A DNA stretch of 64,000 bases from Eledone cirrhosa (taxonomy: Eukaryota). Positions 37,938 through 52,728 of this stretch are shown here, in pieces. Within the stretch, counting starts at the first letter, position 1, and the number at the start of each line of letters is the position of its first letter. Location: positions 343,914,001-343,978,000 of the forward strand of contig OZ024742.1 in assembly GCA_964016885.1 (NCBI GenBank), given 5' to 3'. The notes under the pieces are model-generated. The model was not told the DNA's origin. It ran no database searches and saw only the letters and a program-made list of their open reading frames with translations. The translations under genes were made by a program, and so were the position numbers.

Positions 37938-38210
37938 GGTGAGTGGTTTGGTGGTGAGAGAGTTGGATTCGCAATCGTGAGGTTGCGAGTTCAATTCTCG
38001 GTCCGGGTGATGCGTTGTGTCCTCAAGCAAGACACATTATTTCACGTTGCTACTTCTGCGAGAAGTTGCGACCGGTAGATAGTATCAGCAATCGAAAGAT
38101 CAATGGAAACATTGTTTCTTTGGTCCGATTTGTAGAGGTCCAACCTACTCGGCAAGCGAATGAGGTCAGGGACCTTGTCGATCGACCAGAGCTATTTAGT
38201 TTTTGAAAAT
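37938..38210 (+). mobile_element. tRNA-derived SINE of a second family (CORE-like)
   Basis: A-box TGGTTTGGTGG, B-box GAGTTCAATTCTC, then GTTGTGTCCTCAAGCAAGACAC. Confidence 0.6.
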
Positions 38211-38452
38211 ATTCAATAATCTTTATCTTTCGAATGCTGAGTAGCAAACTGTTCTCTCAAACGGTTTAGTTTCATTGCTTCGCTAGAAACTGTCTTGTGG
38301 CAGAGTAAACACATTACATCAGTTAATATGAATTAGAGATAATAAAAGCTATCTTTAAAGATTAAGGTAAATAGCAACGAGCATATCACAATAACAACTT
38401 AAGCAATCATTGGGAATCCTTCTTCCGTATAACAAGCATATATATATATATA

Positions 38453-38489
<37 letters not shown>

Positions 38490-38515
38490 GCATATATATA
38501 TATATTTACATTATA

Positions 38516-38552
<37 letters not shown>

Positions 38553-38581
38553 GAAGACATACACATATATATATGCATATA

Positions 38582-38633
<52 letters not shown>

Positions 38634-38669
38634 TTATGCATTTATATATGTATATCTATATACAAATAA

Positions 38670-38700
<31 letters not shown>

Positions 38701-38768
38701 CAAATATATGCAAATATATACACACACATACATACATAGATACATACATACATACATACATACATACA

Positions 38769-38802
<34 letters not shown>

Positions 38803-39106
38803 CTGTTATACATATATATATACATATATACATAAATACATATACATATATATATACGATCATGAAAGCGCAATTCCTGATGTAGTAGCAGGGTGGTGTC
38901 AGGAAATACAACATGGGTTGGACATTTGTAGACATTAAAGCAGTTTATATGAATTAAATACAATAAAAGCTGTCTACAAATATTCTGCTAAATAGCAACG
39001 GGCATTTTGCCTTCGATCTTCAGACATATTAAAGGTAAATTGCCGCAAACATACAAAATCACACAATTATACAATTGCAAAAGAACATTTCAAACACTTC
39101 CTTCAT

Positions 39107-39223
<117 letters not shown>

Positions 39224-39244
39224 ACACACATACATATATAATAC

Positions 39245-39420
39245 AAGTCAGGACCCCGACGGCAGAGCTCTTGCCGTTTCAACATATAGCTTCAAACTGG
39301 AACTAGCTGTTGAAATGGCAAGAGCTCAGCCATCGGGGTCCATATTCTTCTATCCCAAGTATCGACTACTCTGGTGAGTAATGGTCTAACTAGTTTCAAA
39401 CTGAATCCATCCTGATTTAT
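39245..39420. mobile_element. Family X-related fold-back pLTR remnant containing hammerhead 3' halves
   Basis: Inverted arms 39251-39284 and 39308-39341 (GAAA YGGC...GCCR TC GGGGTC). Confidence 0.65.
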
Positions 39421-39469
39421 ATATTCAATACACGATTTCATGTCAAAATCCTTGCCGCCCCCAATATAT

Positions 39470-40561
39470 ATATATTTATTAAAATAACAGATTAAAGTTT
39501 AAGCAAAGAATCGCTGCTTTCATCCTTAACTGGATCTTCTGAAACTAACAAAGTCAATCTGTAAACGCAGAAGTGAATATTTCAAAAAACGTTGCAACCG
39601 GAGGAAGACAGGAAGACGATACTTTGGTTCGTGGAAACGTTCCCTGGCAAAGAACGGGAAGAAACGAATATAAATATGTCATTATTTGGAGCGGTGAAAA
39701 ACAATTACACGCAAAGACAGAACCACGATTATGATATAAAAGAAGTCGTAGACTAATGTTCTCTTAGGTGGTTCATAGAGACGTTCTCTGGCAATGAAGG
39801 GAAAAAACGAAGATAATACGTATGTCAACCAAAACACGAAGTACACATATACACACACCCTACATACGTACGAACCCGCATACTCACACAGACGCAAAAC
39901 TCACGTATACACATAACCAAAAGCATATGTACCAGAATATATAAAATATATGCCATAACATATACAATAAAATATACGTACGAGAAAGTATACGTACCTT
40001 CACGAAACATACAGGTAATATATACTTACCTATGCAAATAAGTAATGGTACAAACATAACATATACTTAGCTACCACATCAAGACGTAAAATATCCGCGT
40101 ATAAATCGTACTATCCGTTAGGGTATAATGTGGGGCTGTAATACAGGAAAGTTTTTGCAATTTATGTTTACAAGCCGAAATTGCCTCAGATATTTTGTTT
40201 ACGATGTGGTCTGTGGCGTAGAGTATTTCCTGGGCCTCAGCGGCACAGAGGTCACATGGTCTTTTATTTCCGTTATACGATCTAGCCCTAGCTAGGATCT
40301 CCCAGTGTAACTTATATTGGGTGTGGTTGTCTTTTAGACTCCAGATATAAGCTGAAAGTGACGTCATATTCCTTCTTAGAGGGTAACGAAAAGAATGGGT
40401 ATGCATGTAAAGACGCTGCTTGAATCTATTGGCGGTTGACCCTATGTAGGCCCTACGGGACGTGGGTGTTTCAACCTTACATTTGTAGACAATGTTACTA
40501 GAGAGGCATTTCCCGGATAGGGGGCAGTCAACCCGATTCCTACAATTACAGTTAGTACTAA
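39470..40561 (-). mobile_element. Penelope-like element 3' part (GIY-YIG endonuclease + 3'UTR), Hydra-like motif set
   Basis: Minus frame 40559-40071: CNCRNRVDCPLSGKCLSSNIVYKC...AYIGSTANRFKQR..H...LSAYIW...CDLC..E...NK.SE...CKH. The clade label is tentative. Confidence 0.8.
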
Positions 40562-40720
40562 CAGAAGATCCCGTTAAGGGTGAAAGCAGCGATTCTTGCT
40601 TAAACTTTAATCTGTTATTTTAATAAATATTTGCTCTACGGTTCTTATATATTTGATATATATTTATCCTTATCGAGCCCTCTTTGGATTTTAGTCTTCA
40701 AATTTATTATTATTACTATA
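40562..40720 (+). mobile_element. Inverted partial pLTR of the preceding PLE plus 3' extension
   Basis: 40562-40630 is the reverse complement of 39472-39541; the same family recurs at 63405-63580. Confidence 0.8.
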
Positions 40721-40910
40721 TCTATATATATATATATATTTTTTTTCTTAAAATATGTTGCCAAATAATTATTCACATCAAATTTTGATTTACAAATGTT
40801 TCATTGCTTGTTGTTGACTAAAGGTGGTTTGTAAAATGTAAACAAAGATTCTCTGTGATATATGTGCGTTTGAAAAGATGAATGTGTTGAGCTAATTATT
40901 TATAAGATGA

Positions 40911-40953
40911 TTGATTTTGATAAGTCCTAAGAGGCTGAAACATTTATAAATCT
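40911..40953 (+). ncRNA. Degenerate type I hammerhead motif, U3-A8 core, within a fold-back repeat (40749-40803 / 40936-40992)
   Basis: UUGAUU UUGAUAA GUCCU aag AGGCU GAAA CA uu UR UA AAUC; the inverted arm preserves ACA/UGU stem III and AAUCAA stem I. Confidence 0.5.
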
Positions 40954-41433
40954 AAATTTGATGTGAATAAAGTATTTTGAAACATATTTTAATGAATAAT
41001 ATGTTCCACGAGTAATTACCTTAACACAATAAGAATTCGTATACAAGCATTTTTGAAAAACATTATACGTAGCCAACGGTCAATCAATGATAAACGGAGA
41101 TATAAAAGATACAGAAGCGAAAACCAACCAAACAGTGAGTGCGTTCTGTTATTATTTCTGGCAATAATATTACAACAATATTTGTTTCGACACACGATTT
41201 CATACACGATTTCATGCACAGAAGTATATTTAAAGATTAATTTATTCTTTAATCTGACTGAATGAATAATTTTATAATTGTCGCATTAAATATAACCGGT
41301 TCGGATTGGTATAACAATCTTATCAAATATTAGATGTTATATAGTGAATATTTAAAAAAATGTATTTTCATGTGTTCTGTGAACAGTTCGAATATATGTG
41401 AGCTTTCATGTATGGAATTTTACCCACTTTTTC

Positions 41434-41489
<56 letters not shown>

Positions 41490-42049
41490 AGTGTAATTTT
41501 CTACACAAAACGAAGGTTATAGAGAAAATTGAGGTTGGTAATGGCACATGGAATATATAAGAGACAGAATACTTTTTTGTGAAAAAACATATAATTTTAT
41601 AAGGTAAGGAAATAATAAAGGGTATAAAAAATGACCGGTTTCGATGGGTCTGCAAAAGCCATCTTTTCAAATGTTGATTAATATTAAGAAAAATTAATAA
41701 TACGAAGAGTTAAAATTTGAGATTTGAAAATTCAAGTATAAAATTCATTGTGGGATTTCATAGTAGTTTTCATCTAGGTAGCAACAACAAGTTGACTGCT
41801 GTGTCCCTTTCTGGTAGTGAATGAGAAGTTATTTGGGGTGTGGGTTATTTTATAAAGGTCAGATTTAGCAATGGCCAACTGGCCAGCTGCTGGTCAGTGA
41901 GGGGGTGCAAGCAATATACATACATATATCTTCCTGTGGTGGGTAGGAGAGTGGAGCGTGATAGAAAGGGATTTAGTGCACTTACACCTATATATACACA
42001 CATACCTTCATCCACACATACATACATATACATATACATACAGATATAC

Positions 42050-42106
<57 letters not shown>

Positions 42107-42259
42107 CACACATACAAACGCATACACATACATATACATACACACATACACACACACACACATATATACACATACACACACATATATATATATATATATA
42201 CACACACACACCCACACATACATACACACACACACATATATATACATACACACATACAA

Positions 42260-42302
<43 letters not shown>

Positions 42303-42321
42303 CACATACACACACATATAT

Positions 42322-42352
<31 letters not shown>

Positions 42353-42593
42353 CACATACGCATACATCCAGATACACACATACATACACACACACACACA
42401 CGCACACACAATACATACATCCACATGCACACACATACACACACACATATACACATACATACACCCACACACAGAGAAATGGCCTCCATATATATATATA
42501 TATACATACATACACATATATTTTTTCCATAATATAAGAAGTTGGGACAGTGAAATTAAAATACAAGTCATTCTGATCACATTGAGTTCTTCA

Positions 42594-44332
42594 ACAGAAA
42601 ACTACAAACACACCAAAACAATGGAGAACCTTTTGACCTTACTGAATGAATACCGCAACAGCTTAACCACAAAAGAGTTTAACTATATAAGCCACTTCAA
42701 ATGCAACACAAGCTCTTTTTACGGCTTACCGAAACTCCACAAATGTAAACCCATAAACGATGCATGTGACACCTCAACCAACAATTACATTGAACTAACA
42801 CCACCAGAAGACCTAAAACTCAGGCCAATTATAGCAGGCCCTACATGTGAAACCCACAGACTTAGCAACTTTCTGGACATCCGACTGAAACCCTTTCTAC
42901 AACATATACAGAGCTACATACGAGATGACCTTGACATGCTGAAACACCTCCCTAAAACAGTAAGTGCAAATACAATTCTTGTCTCCTTTGACGTAATAAA
43001 CCTCTACACAAACATACCTCACAACTATGGAATAACAGCAGTCCAATACTGGCTTAACACACACCCATCAGAAATACCGACACGCATCAACACAGATTTT
43101 ATCACTGACGGACTCCGCTTTATCCTACAAAATAACTACTTCACATTCAATGGTTCAACATACAGACAAGTATCAGGTACGGCAATGGGCACGAAAGTAG
43201 CACCCACATATGCCAACCTAGTCATGGGATTCCATGAACAACAAATATACAGTCAGTCCCTTCTCTTATTTGGAGACTCTTTCCACACACACCTCAAAGC
43301 CAATTGGAAAAGATATCTAGACGACTGCTTTATCCTATGGCAAGAAGACATGAACTCACTTACTACGTTTAAAAACATGATAAACAACATAGATAATAAC
43401 ATACAATTTACAATGGAATCCAATCCTAAGGAATTAGCCTTCTTGGATATTCTCATCTCTGTAATAGACGGGAAATTAGATACAGATATATTCTATAAAC
43501 CCACAGATTCCAAGCAATACCTCTTTTTCACATCAAGTCACCCAAAACATACAAAACTTAACATTCCTTACAATTTGGCCAAACGTATATGTACCATAGT
43601 ATCAGATCCACCTAAACGGGAGCAAAGACTAAAGGAACTAAAAGACACCCTTATCTTAAGAGCCTTTCCACTTGAAATAATCAACAATAGAATAGACAGG
43701 GCAAAACACCTAAATCCCCATCAACTTAACAATCCAAAACAGAAAACCACACTCAACACCCTGCCATATGTATCCACTTTCAACCCCAGAAATACCGAAA
43801 TGTTTGATCACCTACACAAAAACCTCCCCATCCTACTTAAAGATGTAAAAGACAACCCAAATCACTTAAACGCATTCTCACTGGACCAAATATACCCAAA
43901 CCAATCCTCAACCCTCCAGTTACCAAATGTGGTAGAACAAACTGTGGAACGTGCCTCTACCTCACTGAAGGACAAACATTTACATTCAAAGATGGCCAAA
44001 CATTTACAGTAAAAAACAATTTCACCTGCAACTCAGAGAACTTGATTTACGCAATAACTTGCGGTGAGTGCAAACACAACTACATAGGACAGACGGGCAC
44101 CTCATTACGCAAAAGAATGACCATCCACCGCCAACAAATCCGGGACGCTAACACAAGAAAAATCCCCTTGAGCAGCCATATTGCGAACTGCGCAGGAATG
44201 ACACTACCCAACTTTAAAATCTTCCCCTTCTACAAGTGCTCAGATTCGTTCACACAGCAACAAAGAATAAACAAAGAAAATCTATTCCTTAACAAATTTA
44301 AACCAAAACTAAACGGGTTATCACCCCAATAG
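42594..44332 (+). pseudogene. PLE RT + zinc-finger linker + GIY-YIG endonuclease; deletion/frameshift near 43846
   Basis: FYGLPKLHK, LRPII, SFDVINLYTNIP, GTAMG, RYLDD, FLD, YKPTD; second frame gives KCGRTNCGTC...CNSENLIYAITCGECKHNYIGQT...R...H...E...LN. Confidence 0.92.
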
Positions 44333-44787
44333 AATTGTCATAAAATATAAACACACATACGCACGGAATCTCTACTATTAAAGACCAGAGACCAATTCTG
44401 TAGAATCAGGTTTATTCGTTGACAGACCATGCCTTTGTGTGACCAACACATCCATGTTAAACCCTGCACGTGCACACACATATATCTATATATATATGCG
44501 CACACAGAATTCACCACTGTCGGTTGCGGGGCCCAATCTACATGAAGAACTCAATGTGATCAGAATGACTTGTATTTTAATTTCACTGTCCCAACTTCTT
44601 ATATTATGGAAAAAATATATGTGTATGTATGTATATATATATATATTTGGAGGCCATTTCTCTGTGTGTGGGTGTATGTATGTGTATATGTGTGTGTGTG
44701 TGTATGTGTGTGCATGTGGATGTATGTATTGTGTGTGCGTGTGTGTGTGTGTGTATGTATGTGTGTATCTGGATGTATGCGTATGTG

Positions 44788-44820
<33 letters not shown>

Positions 44821-44991
44821 ATATATATATGTGTGTGTGTGTGTGTATGTATGTGTGTATCTGGATGCATGTATATGTATATATATGTGTGTGTGTGTAT
44901 ATATATATATATGTGTGTGTGTATGTGTATATATGTGTGTGTGTATGTGTATGTGTGTATGTATATGTATGTGTGTGTGTATGTATGTGTG

Positions 44992-45045
<54 letters not shown>

Positions 45046-45228
45046 CACACATACATACACACACACATACATACACATATACATACACATATACATATAC
45101 ATATATATATATATATATACATATACACACATACATACACACACACATACATACACATATACATATACATATACATATACATACACATATACATACACAT
45201 ATACATATACATACACATATACATACAC

Positions 45229-45294
<66 letters not shown>

Positions 45295-45612
45295 GTGTAT
45301 GTATATGTATATGTATGTATGTGTGGATGAAGGTATGTGTGTATATATAGGTGTAAGTGCACTAAATCCCTTTCTATCACGCTCCACTCTCCTACCCACC
45401 ACAGGAAGATATATGTATGCTAAATCTGACCTTTATAAAATAACCCAAACCCCAAATAACTTCTCATTCACTACCAGAAAGGGACACAGCAGTCAACTTG
45501 TTGTTGCTACCTAGATGAAAACTACTATGAAATCCCACAATGAATTTTATACTTGAATTTTCAAATCTCAAATTTTAACTCTTCGTATTATTAATTTTTC
45601 TTAATATTAATC

Positions 45613-45660
45613 AACATTTGAAAAGATGGCTTTTGCAGACCCATCGAAACCGGTCATTTT
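45613..45660 (+). ncRNA. Minimal hammerhead motif, U3-A8 core (mirror copy at 41628-41675, minus strand)
   Basis: AACAU UUGAAAA GAUGG...CCAUC GAAA CCGG UC AUUUU; palindromic ACCGGU stem III; weak stem I. Confidence 0.65.
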
Positions 45661-45762
45661 TTATACCCTTTATTATTTCCTTACCTTATAAAATTATATG
45701 TTTATTCACAAAAAGTAAGTATTCTGTCTCTTATATATTCCATCTGCCATTACCAACCTCAA

Positions 45763-45848
<86 letters not shown>

Positions 45849-45993
45849 GATTATATTAATCGGATGGAATGCTTTGAAAACGCGAAACATATCTGAGGAA
45901 CTTGCAAGTGCAGAGTCGGGTTCAATCTGTAACAGATCCTGCCTTAAGCTGATCAACGGGGAAACATATGTAATAATGTCTGAAAGAAAGAGA

Positions 45994-46062
<69 letters not shown>

Positions 46063-46429
46063 GATATGAATCCATCTTAGAGCCGGATTGGTACTTTATT
46101 TATCGACATCGAAAGGATGAAAGTCAGGGTTGACCTCAGCGGGAACAAATACCACAAATCATTCTGACGACTCTGAGTACATAGCAAACTGTTCTCTCAA
46201 ACGGTTTAGTTTCATTGCTTCGCTAGAAACTGTCTTGTGGCAGAGTAAACACATTACATCAGTTAATATGAATTAGAGATAATAAAAGCTATCTTTAAAG
46301 ACTATGGTAAATAGCAACGAAAATGTTTCATACTTCTTTGTGACATTAAAGGTAAATTGCTGAGCAAAATGCAGCATCTCCCAATAATACAATTACAGAA
46401 CATTTGAAGCCCTTCCTCTATATAATATG

Positions 46430-46845
<416 letters not shown>

Positions 46846-46879
46846 AGAGATGTCAACATGAATGGACCTGTTATTTTTA

Positions 46880-47070
46880 TCTAAAGAGATTTTTTCCAAT
46901 TCCATCCTGCCCGTCCCCTCAATCTATTTTATTTTTCATTCTTTCTTCTGATGAAGGACTAGCGTCAGAAACGTTAAGACCCTCTTCCTGCTATATCAAG
47001 CGTTAACCTAATATATACCTTCCATATACTGTACCGATTGTGTTGTTATTTCTGTTTACCTTTTACATAC
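46880..47070 (+). mobile_element. PLE pLTR remnant with minimal hammerhead at 46944-46979
   Basis: UCUU CUGAUGA A GGAC uagc GUCA GAAA CG UU AAGA; same family as 63728-63905. Confidence 0.75.
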
Positions 47071-47713
47071 ACACACACACACACACACACACATAAGCGC
47101 TCATATATTCACCTAGCTTATGCTAAACAGAATAATTTTTGAAGCTTGTTTCTTTCCCCTGGTTAGCCTTACTCTGTTGTTCTCCTGTCTCACTCGCTTT
47201 ACGCGTTTTAATTGTCCTAATAACTTATTTTGGTTATTATTGCACCGAAGTGAGGTATATGATTTTTAATGCAATGAAATATCTATGATCTTCGGCAAAT
47301 CACTGATGAGGGACTCATTTTATTACATGTTATCCATGTGCTACCTGCAGTATTTTTCTCTATATTTTATTACATATACACATATATATGATTCTATATA
47401 TGTAGCTTTTTTTACTGTTTATCCACGAAAGGAAGGACAGCTCCATCGTTCTTGTCAGGCCCTTATATAGAGTATAAATAATGCTTCATACACTTAACAT
47501 GTATGTGCGACCATAGGTTTCGGGGTCGCATTATGGAAGTGCCTCCTCCGATATATAGTGGTGGTTATACCTGGGCCATAAAACCAATGGCTGAACATAT
47601 ATGTTAAGTGTATGACACATTATTTATACTAAATAACCTCTCTTACAATATATATCTATATATGTGTGTGTGTGTATATATATATATATATGTGCGTGTA
47701 TATGTATATAATA

Positions 47714-47744
<31 letters not shown>

Positions 47745-47769
47745 ATATATATGTGTGTGTGTGTATATG

Positions 47770-47802
<33 letters not shown>

Positions 47803-48185
47803 ATAGCGCCCGTTGGTGGATAATAACAGATTATTATATGTAGGACTTGCTTGAGCATTCAATGCTTTTTCCTTGAATTTGATATTCAGTGTTATAACTG
47901 TGAATGAAGACCGACTTGTATTTATTATTGGCGCAATATGCAGAGTGTTAATATAAAGAGAGATGGAAGTTTTTGTTTAACATATCTCAGTCATAGTCAT
48001 GCTTAAAACGTATTTCACAAGTGAGCGGCTCTAAACCTTAATCGATTAAAATCAGCTGGGATCGATTTGTTCATCAGTCACTGAAGAGGAGAGAATCGGA
48101 GATAATCATCTTCCAATTCTGATTTCCATTGTCTCTGTTGAGAAAATTGATCCCATGGATAGAGGAGGGAGAGAAAGAGTGTATG

Positions 48186-48292
<107 letters not shown>

Positions 48293-48407
48293 AAGAGAGA
48301 TAGATAGATAGATAAATAGATAGATAGATAGATAGATAGATAGATTGAGAGAGAGAATGTGTGTGAGAAAGAAAAACATAGGAGGGATCATTATTTATCG
48401 ACTTCGA

Positions 48408-48600
48408 GGGGCGGTGGATTGGCAGTATCGGTAGAGGGTCGGACGCCATGCTTTCCAGCATAGTTACGTCCCTTTACGATCTGAGTTCAAATCCCGCCGA
48501 GGTTGACTTTGCCTTTCATCCTTACGGGGTCGATAAAATAAAGTACCAGTAATGCACTGGGTAATTGCTGGCCTTGTGCCTAAAGTAGAAACAATTATTT
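48408..48600 (+). mobile_element. Complete young tRNA-derived SINE with probable TSD (ATTATTTATCGACTTCGA at 48390 and 48593), nested in an older minus-strand SINE
   Basis: A/B boxes, core and tail; the flanking direct repeat is visible. Confidence 0.85.
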
Positions 48601-48706
48601 ATCGACTTCGAAAATGAAAAGGCAAAGTTGACCTCAGGCGGAACGAATACCATAAAGCATTCTATCCGACGTCTCTAACGACTCTGCCAATGTATATACA
48701 CACACT

Positions 48707-49750
<1,044 letters not shown>

Positions 49751-50296
49751 GTTTGTTCGTCTATATGTGTGTCTATGTGCATGCTGCATGCCCACATTTC
49801 CATTAATGGATTGTAATTATAATTTCCTAATTAGGAAATAACAATTAGAATCCATTAATAGAACCCTCATCTTTCTGGAAGCTCAGCTTCGTAAAATTGA
49901 TGCTGAAGCATGGAGGTAAATAACCACGAACTCTAATATCACAGATGTCAATCTAAAGCTATAGTCCGCTTGTTAAGCCAGTCGAATTGGTAGAGTCGTT
50001 AGAACGTTAGATACTTGGTCCGACTCGGATGATCACATTCATCATCAACTTTTTGGAGTCGATAAAGAGTGTCCTTCTCCAGTACATCTCCTTATCGTTC
50101 CAACCCTCATTTCCTAAGCCTTCCGCTAGATCAATTATGGTGAGGGATAAAAGGATATACCCCCTCACTTTCTGCTTCTCAATCGCTCTCTCGCTCTCTC
50201 TTCTCGTGAGAGCATGGACAACTAAAACCCCTTAGCGAAAGCATTGTATACCAAGTTGCACTCGATACTATCAACTTGGCACCTGAGGCAATATTT

Positions 50297-50483
50297 AATA
50301 ATTGTTTCTACTTTTGGCACAAGGCCAGGAATTACCCCAGTGCATTATTGGTGCTTTATTTCATCGACCCCGTAAGGATGAAAGGCAAAGTTAACCTCGG
50401 CGGGATTTGAACTCAGACTGTAAAGGGACGTAACTATGCTAGAAAGCATGGCGTCCAACCCTCTACCGATACTGCCAATCCAC
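50297..50483 (-). mobile_element. tRNA-derived SINE
   Basis: Full minus-strand copy of the main family. Confidence 0.87.
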
Positions 50484-50489
50484 TAATAC

Positions 50490-50842
50490 ACACTTTTTAC
50501 TATCAATTGTCATACAAATGAGGTCACAAGGGGACACACAGCAGGTAACGTCTTTGCAAGGTTTTTAAATTGATAATGCCCCTCTCAGGACATGGGCAGT
50601 ACCAGTCAGCACTATGCTTTGTATCTCTTGAAGAGATGGCTTTCCAAGTATCCGGTGCAAATAATTTTCAGTTCTCTTTTTATCATTCCAAGGGCGCCGA
50701 TTATCACTAGTATTGTACAGACCCTAAGATACCACATTTTATCAGTTTCAATTGATAGATCTTTATCCTTACTGATCTTTCTGAACTCTTTCGAGGAGAT
50801 GATTCGATCTGATGGAATGTTCATGTCAACTAAGAAACATGT
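50490..50842 (-). mobile_element. R4/Dong-type RLE endonuclease 3' fragment, old
   Basis: CFLVDMNIPSD...KE..KISK.KDL.IE..KMW...VIIGALGMI, and VLTGTAHVLR in another frame. Confidence 0.75.
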
Positions 50843-52415
50843 TTTGCCGAGGTTAGCCTTGCCTTTCATCCTTACTGGGTCGATAAAATGAAATACCAGC
50901 AATGCACTGAGGTTGATTTAATCGACTGCCCCACCCACCCCCAAAAGATTACTGGCCTTGTGCCTAAATTAGAACATATCATTTGCGACGGATATCATGC
51001 TTTATGTCATAGAATTACGGCTCTTTACGTTTTGAGTTCAAATTCTGTCGAGGCTAGCTATGCCTTTCATCCTTGCGGGAACCATGAAATAAAGTACCAG
51101 TAATGCACTGGGGTCGATTTAATCGACTTTCTCTTCCCCCAAATATTGCTGGCTTTGTGCCTAAATCAGAAACCATTATTATTAAAATGAAGTAGAAACA
51201 ATTATTATTAAAATAAAGTACCAGTAATGCACTGGGTAATTGCTGGCCTGGTGCCAAAAGTAGAAACAATTATTATTATCTTTATTATTATTATTATTAT
51301 ATTTGCTTGTAGGGCGGTGGACTGGCAGTATCGGAAGAGGGTCGACACCATGCTTTGCGGCATAGAGTTACGGCCCTTTATGATCTGAGTTCAAATCCCG
51401 CCGAGGTAACCTTTTCCTTTCATCCTTACAGGGTCGATAAATAAAGTACCAGTCACGCACTGGGGTCGATTTAATCGACTTCCCTCTCCCCAAAAATTGC
51501 TGGCCTTGTGCCTATATAAGAAACCATTATTAATATAATAAATAGGGCGGTGGATTGGCAGTATAGGTAGAGGGTTGGGTGCCATGCTTTCCAGCATAGT
51601 TATGTCCCTTTACAGTCTCAGTTCAAATCCCGCCGAGGTTAACTTTGCCTTTCATCCTTACGGGGTCGATAAAATAAAGTACCAGTAATGCACTGGAATA
51701 ATTGCTGGCCTTGTGCCAAAAGTAGAAACAATTATTATATTTGCTTGTATTTGATAAATGAATAGAATTGAAAATATATCAGCATTTCTTTGATGTTGCA
51801 TTATGTTTTACCATTTTTCAACATCAGTCTCATTAACTATAATTAAAATGATTAAAATTGAAAAAAAAGATCAGTAAAATAAGATTAAATATGATAAAAT
51901 AAAATAAAACCCAAATACAAAGCTAGAATTTAGTCTTTATTTATTTATCTCTATATTTGTTTGCTATTATATATAAGTAGAGTGTTGGTTGTGTGTTTAA
52001 AGAGTTCACTCCACATCCATACCCCCCTCCACCTCACTTACTCCTCGCCTTCATCTTTACTTTGCCTCTCATCTTAACGGAGTTGATAAATAAAACACCA
52101 GTAATACACTGGGGTCAATTTAATCAACTTTCCTCTCGCCCCCGAATTGCTGGCCTTGTGCCAAAAGTAGAAACAATTATTATTATTATTGGGCGGTGGA
52201 TTGGCAATATCGGTAGAGGGTCGGACGCCATGTTTTGCAGCATAGAGTTACGGCCCTTTATGATCTGGGTTCAAATCCCGCTGAGATTAACTTTGCCTTT
52301 CATCCTTACGGAGTTGATGATAAAATAAAGTACCAGTAATGTACTGGGTCGATTTAATCGACTTTCCTCCCCCCCCCCCAAATTACTGGCCTTGTACCTA
52401 TACTAGAAATCATTA
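50843..52415 (+). mobile_element. Cluster of ~7 co-oriented SINE copies or fragments
   Basis: Full copies at 51311-51530, 51544-51737 and 52191-52415; partial copies at ~50843, ~50985, ~51210 and ~52060. Confidence 0.85.
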
Positions 52416-52696
52416 TTGATATCATAGAATGTCGCATGTTTTACGTAATTCAATTATGACTTGGTAGTATGTATCATATTTTATTAAGGGGTTTAGATAG
52501 ACTTGGACCCTCTTGACTCGCCCTACCTTCATGGAACGGAATAGCCAAGAAAAAACAGGGGCCTGCACCAGCATTGGATTGGTTCTTTCATTGTCAACCC
52601 CGAAAGGATGAAAGGCAAAGTAGACATCGGTGGGTTTTGAACTCAGTCCCTCGTCACTTGATCCAGCGGAGTATCCTGGTTGTGACACCTGGATAG

Positions 52697-52728
<32 letters not shown>

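Larger units (their letters stand above)
41521..45770 (+). mobile_element. Neptune-like Penelope element, 5'-truncated, bounded by ~1.1-1.2 kb inverted repeats
   Basis: 41521-42593 is the reverse complement of 44543-45770; the interior encodes RT and GIY-YIG. Confidence 0.92.

Noticed and set aside
41958-42593. N-terminal part of the 684-aa ORF
   Set aside because: It is the inverted pLTR and microsatellite read in frame by chance; RT homology begins at ~42594.
47270-47320. Possible type II hammerhead (GAAA..TA TGAT..ATCA CTGATGA)
   Set aside because: Stem I is plausible, but stems II and III do not pair.
48408-48495. tRNA gene-like A and B boxes
   Set aside because: SINE heads; no cloverleaf, and followed by the SINE core and tail.
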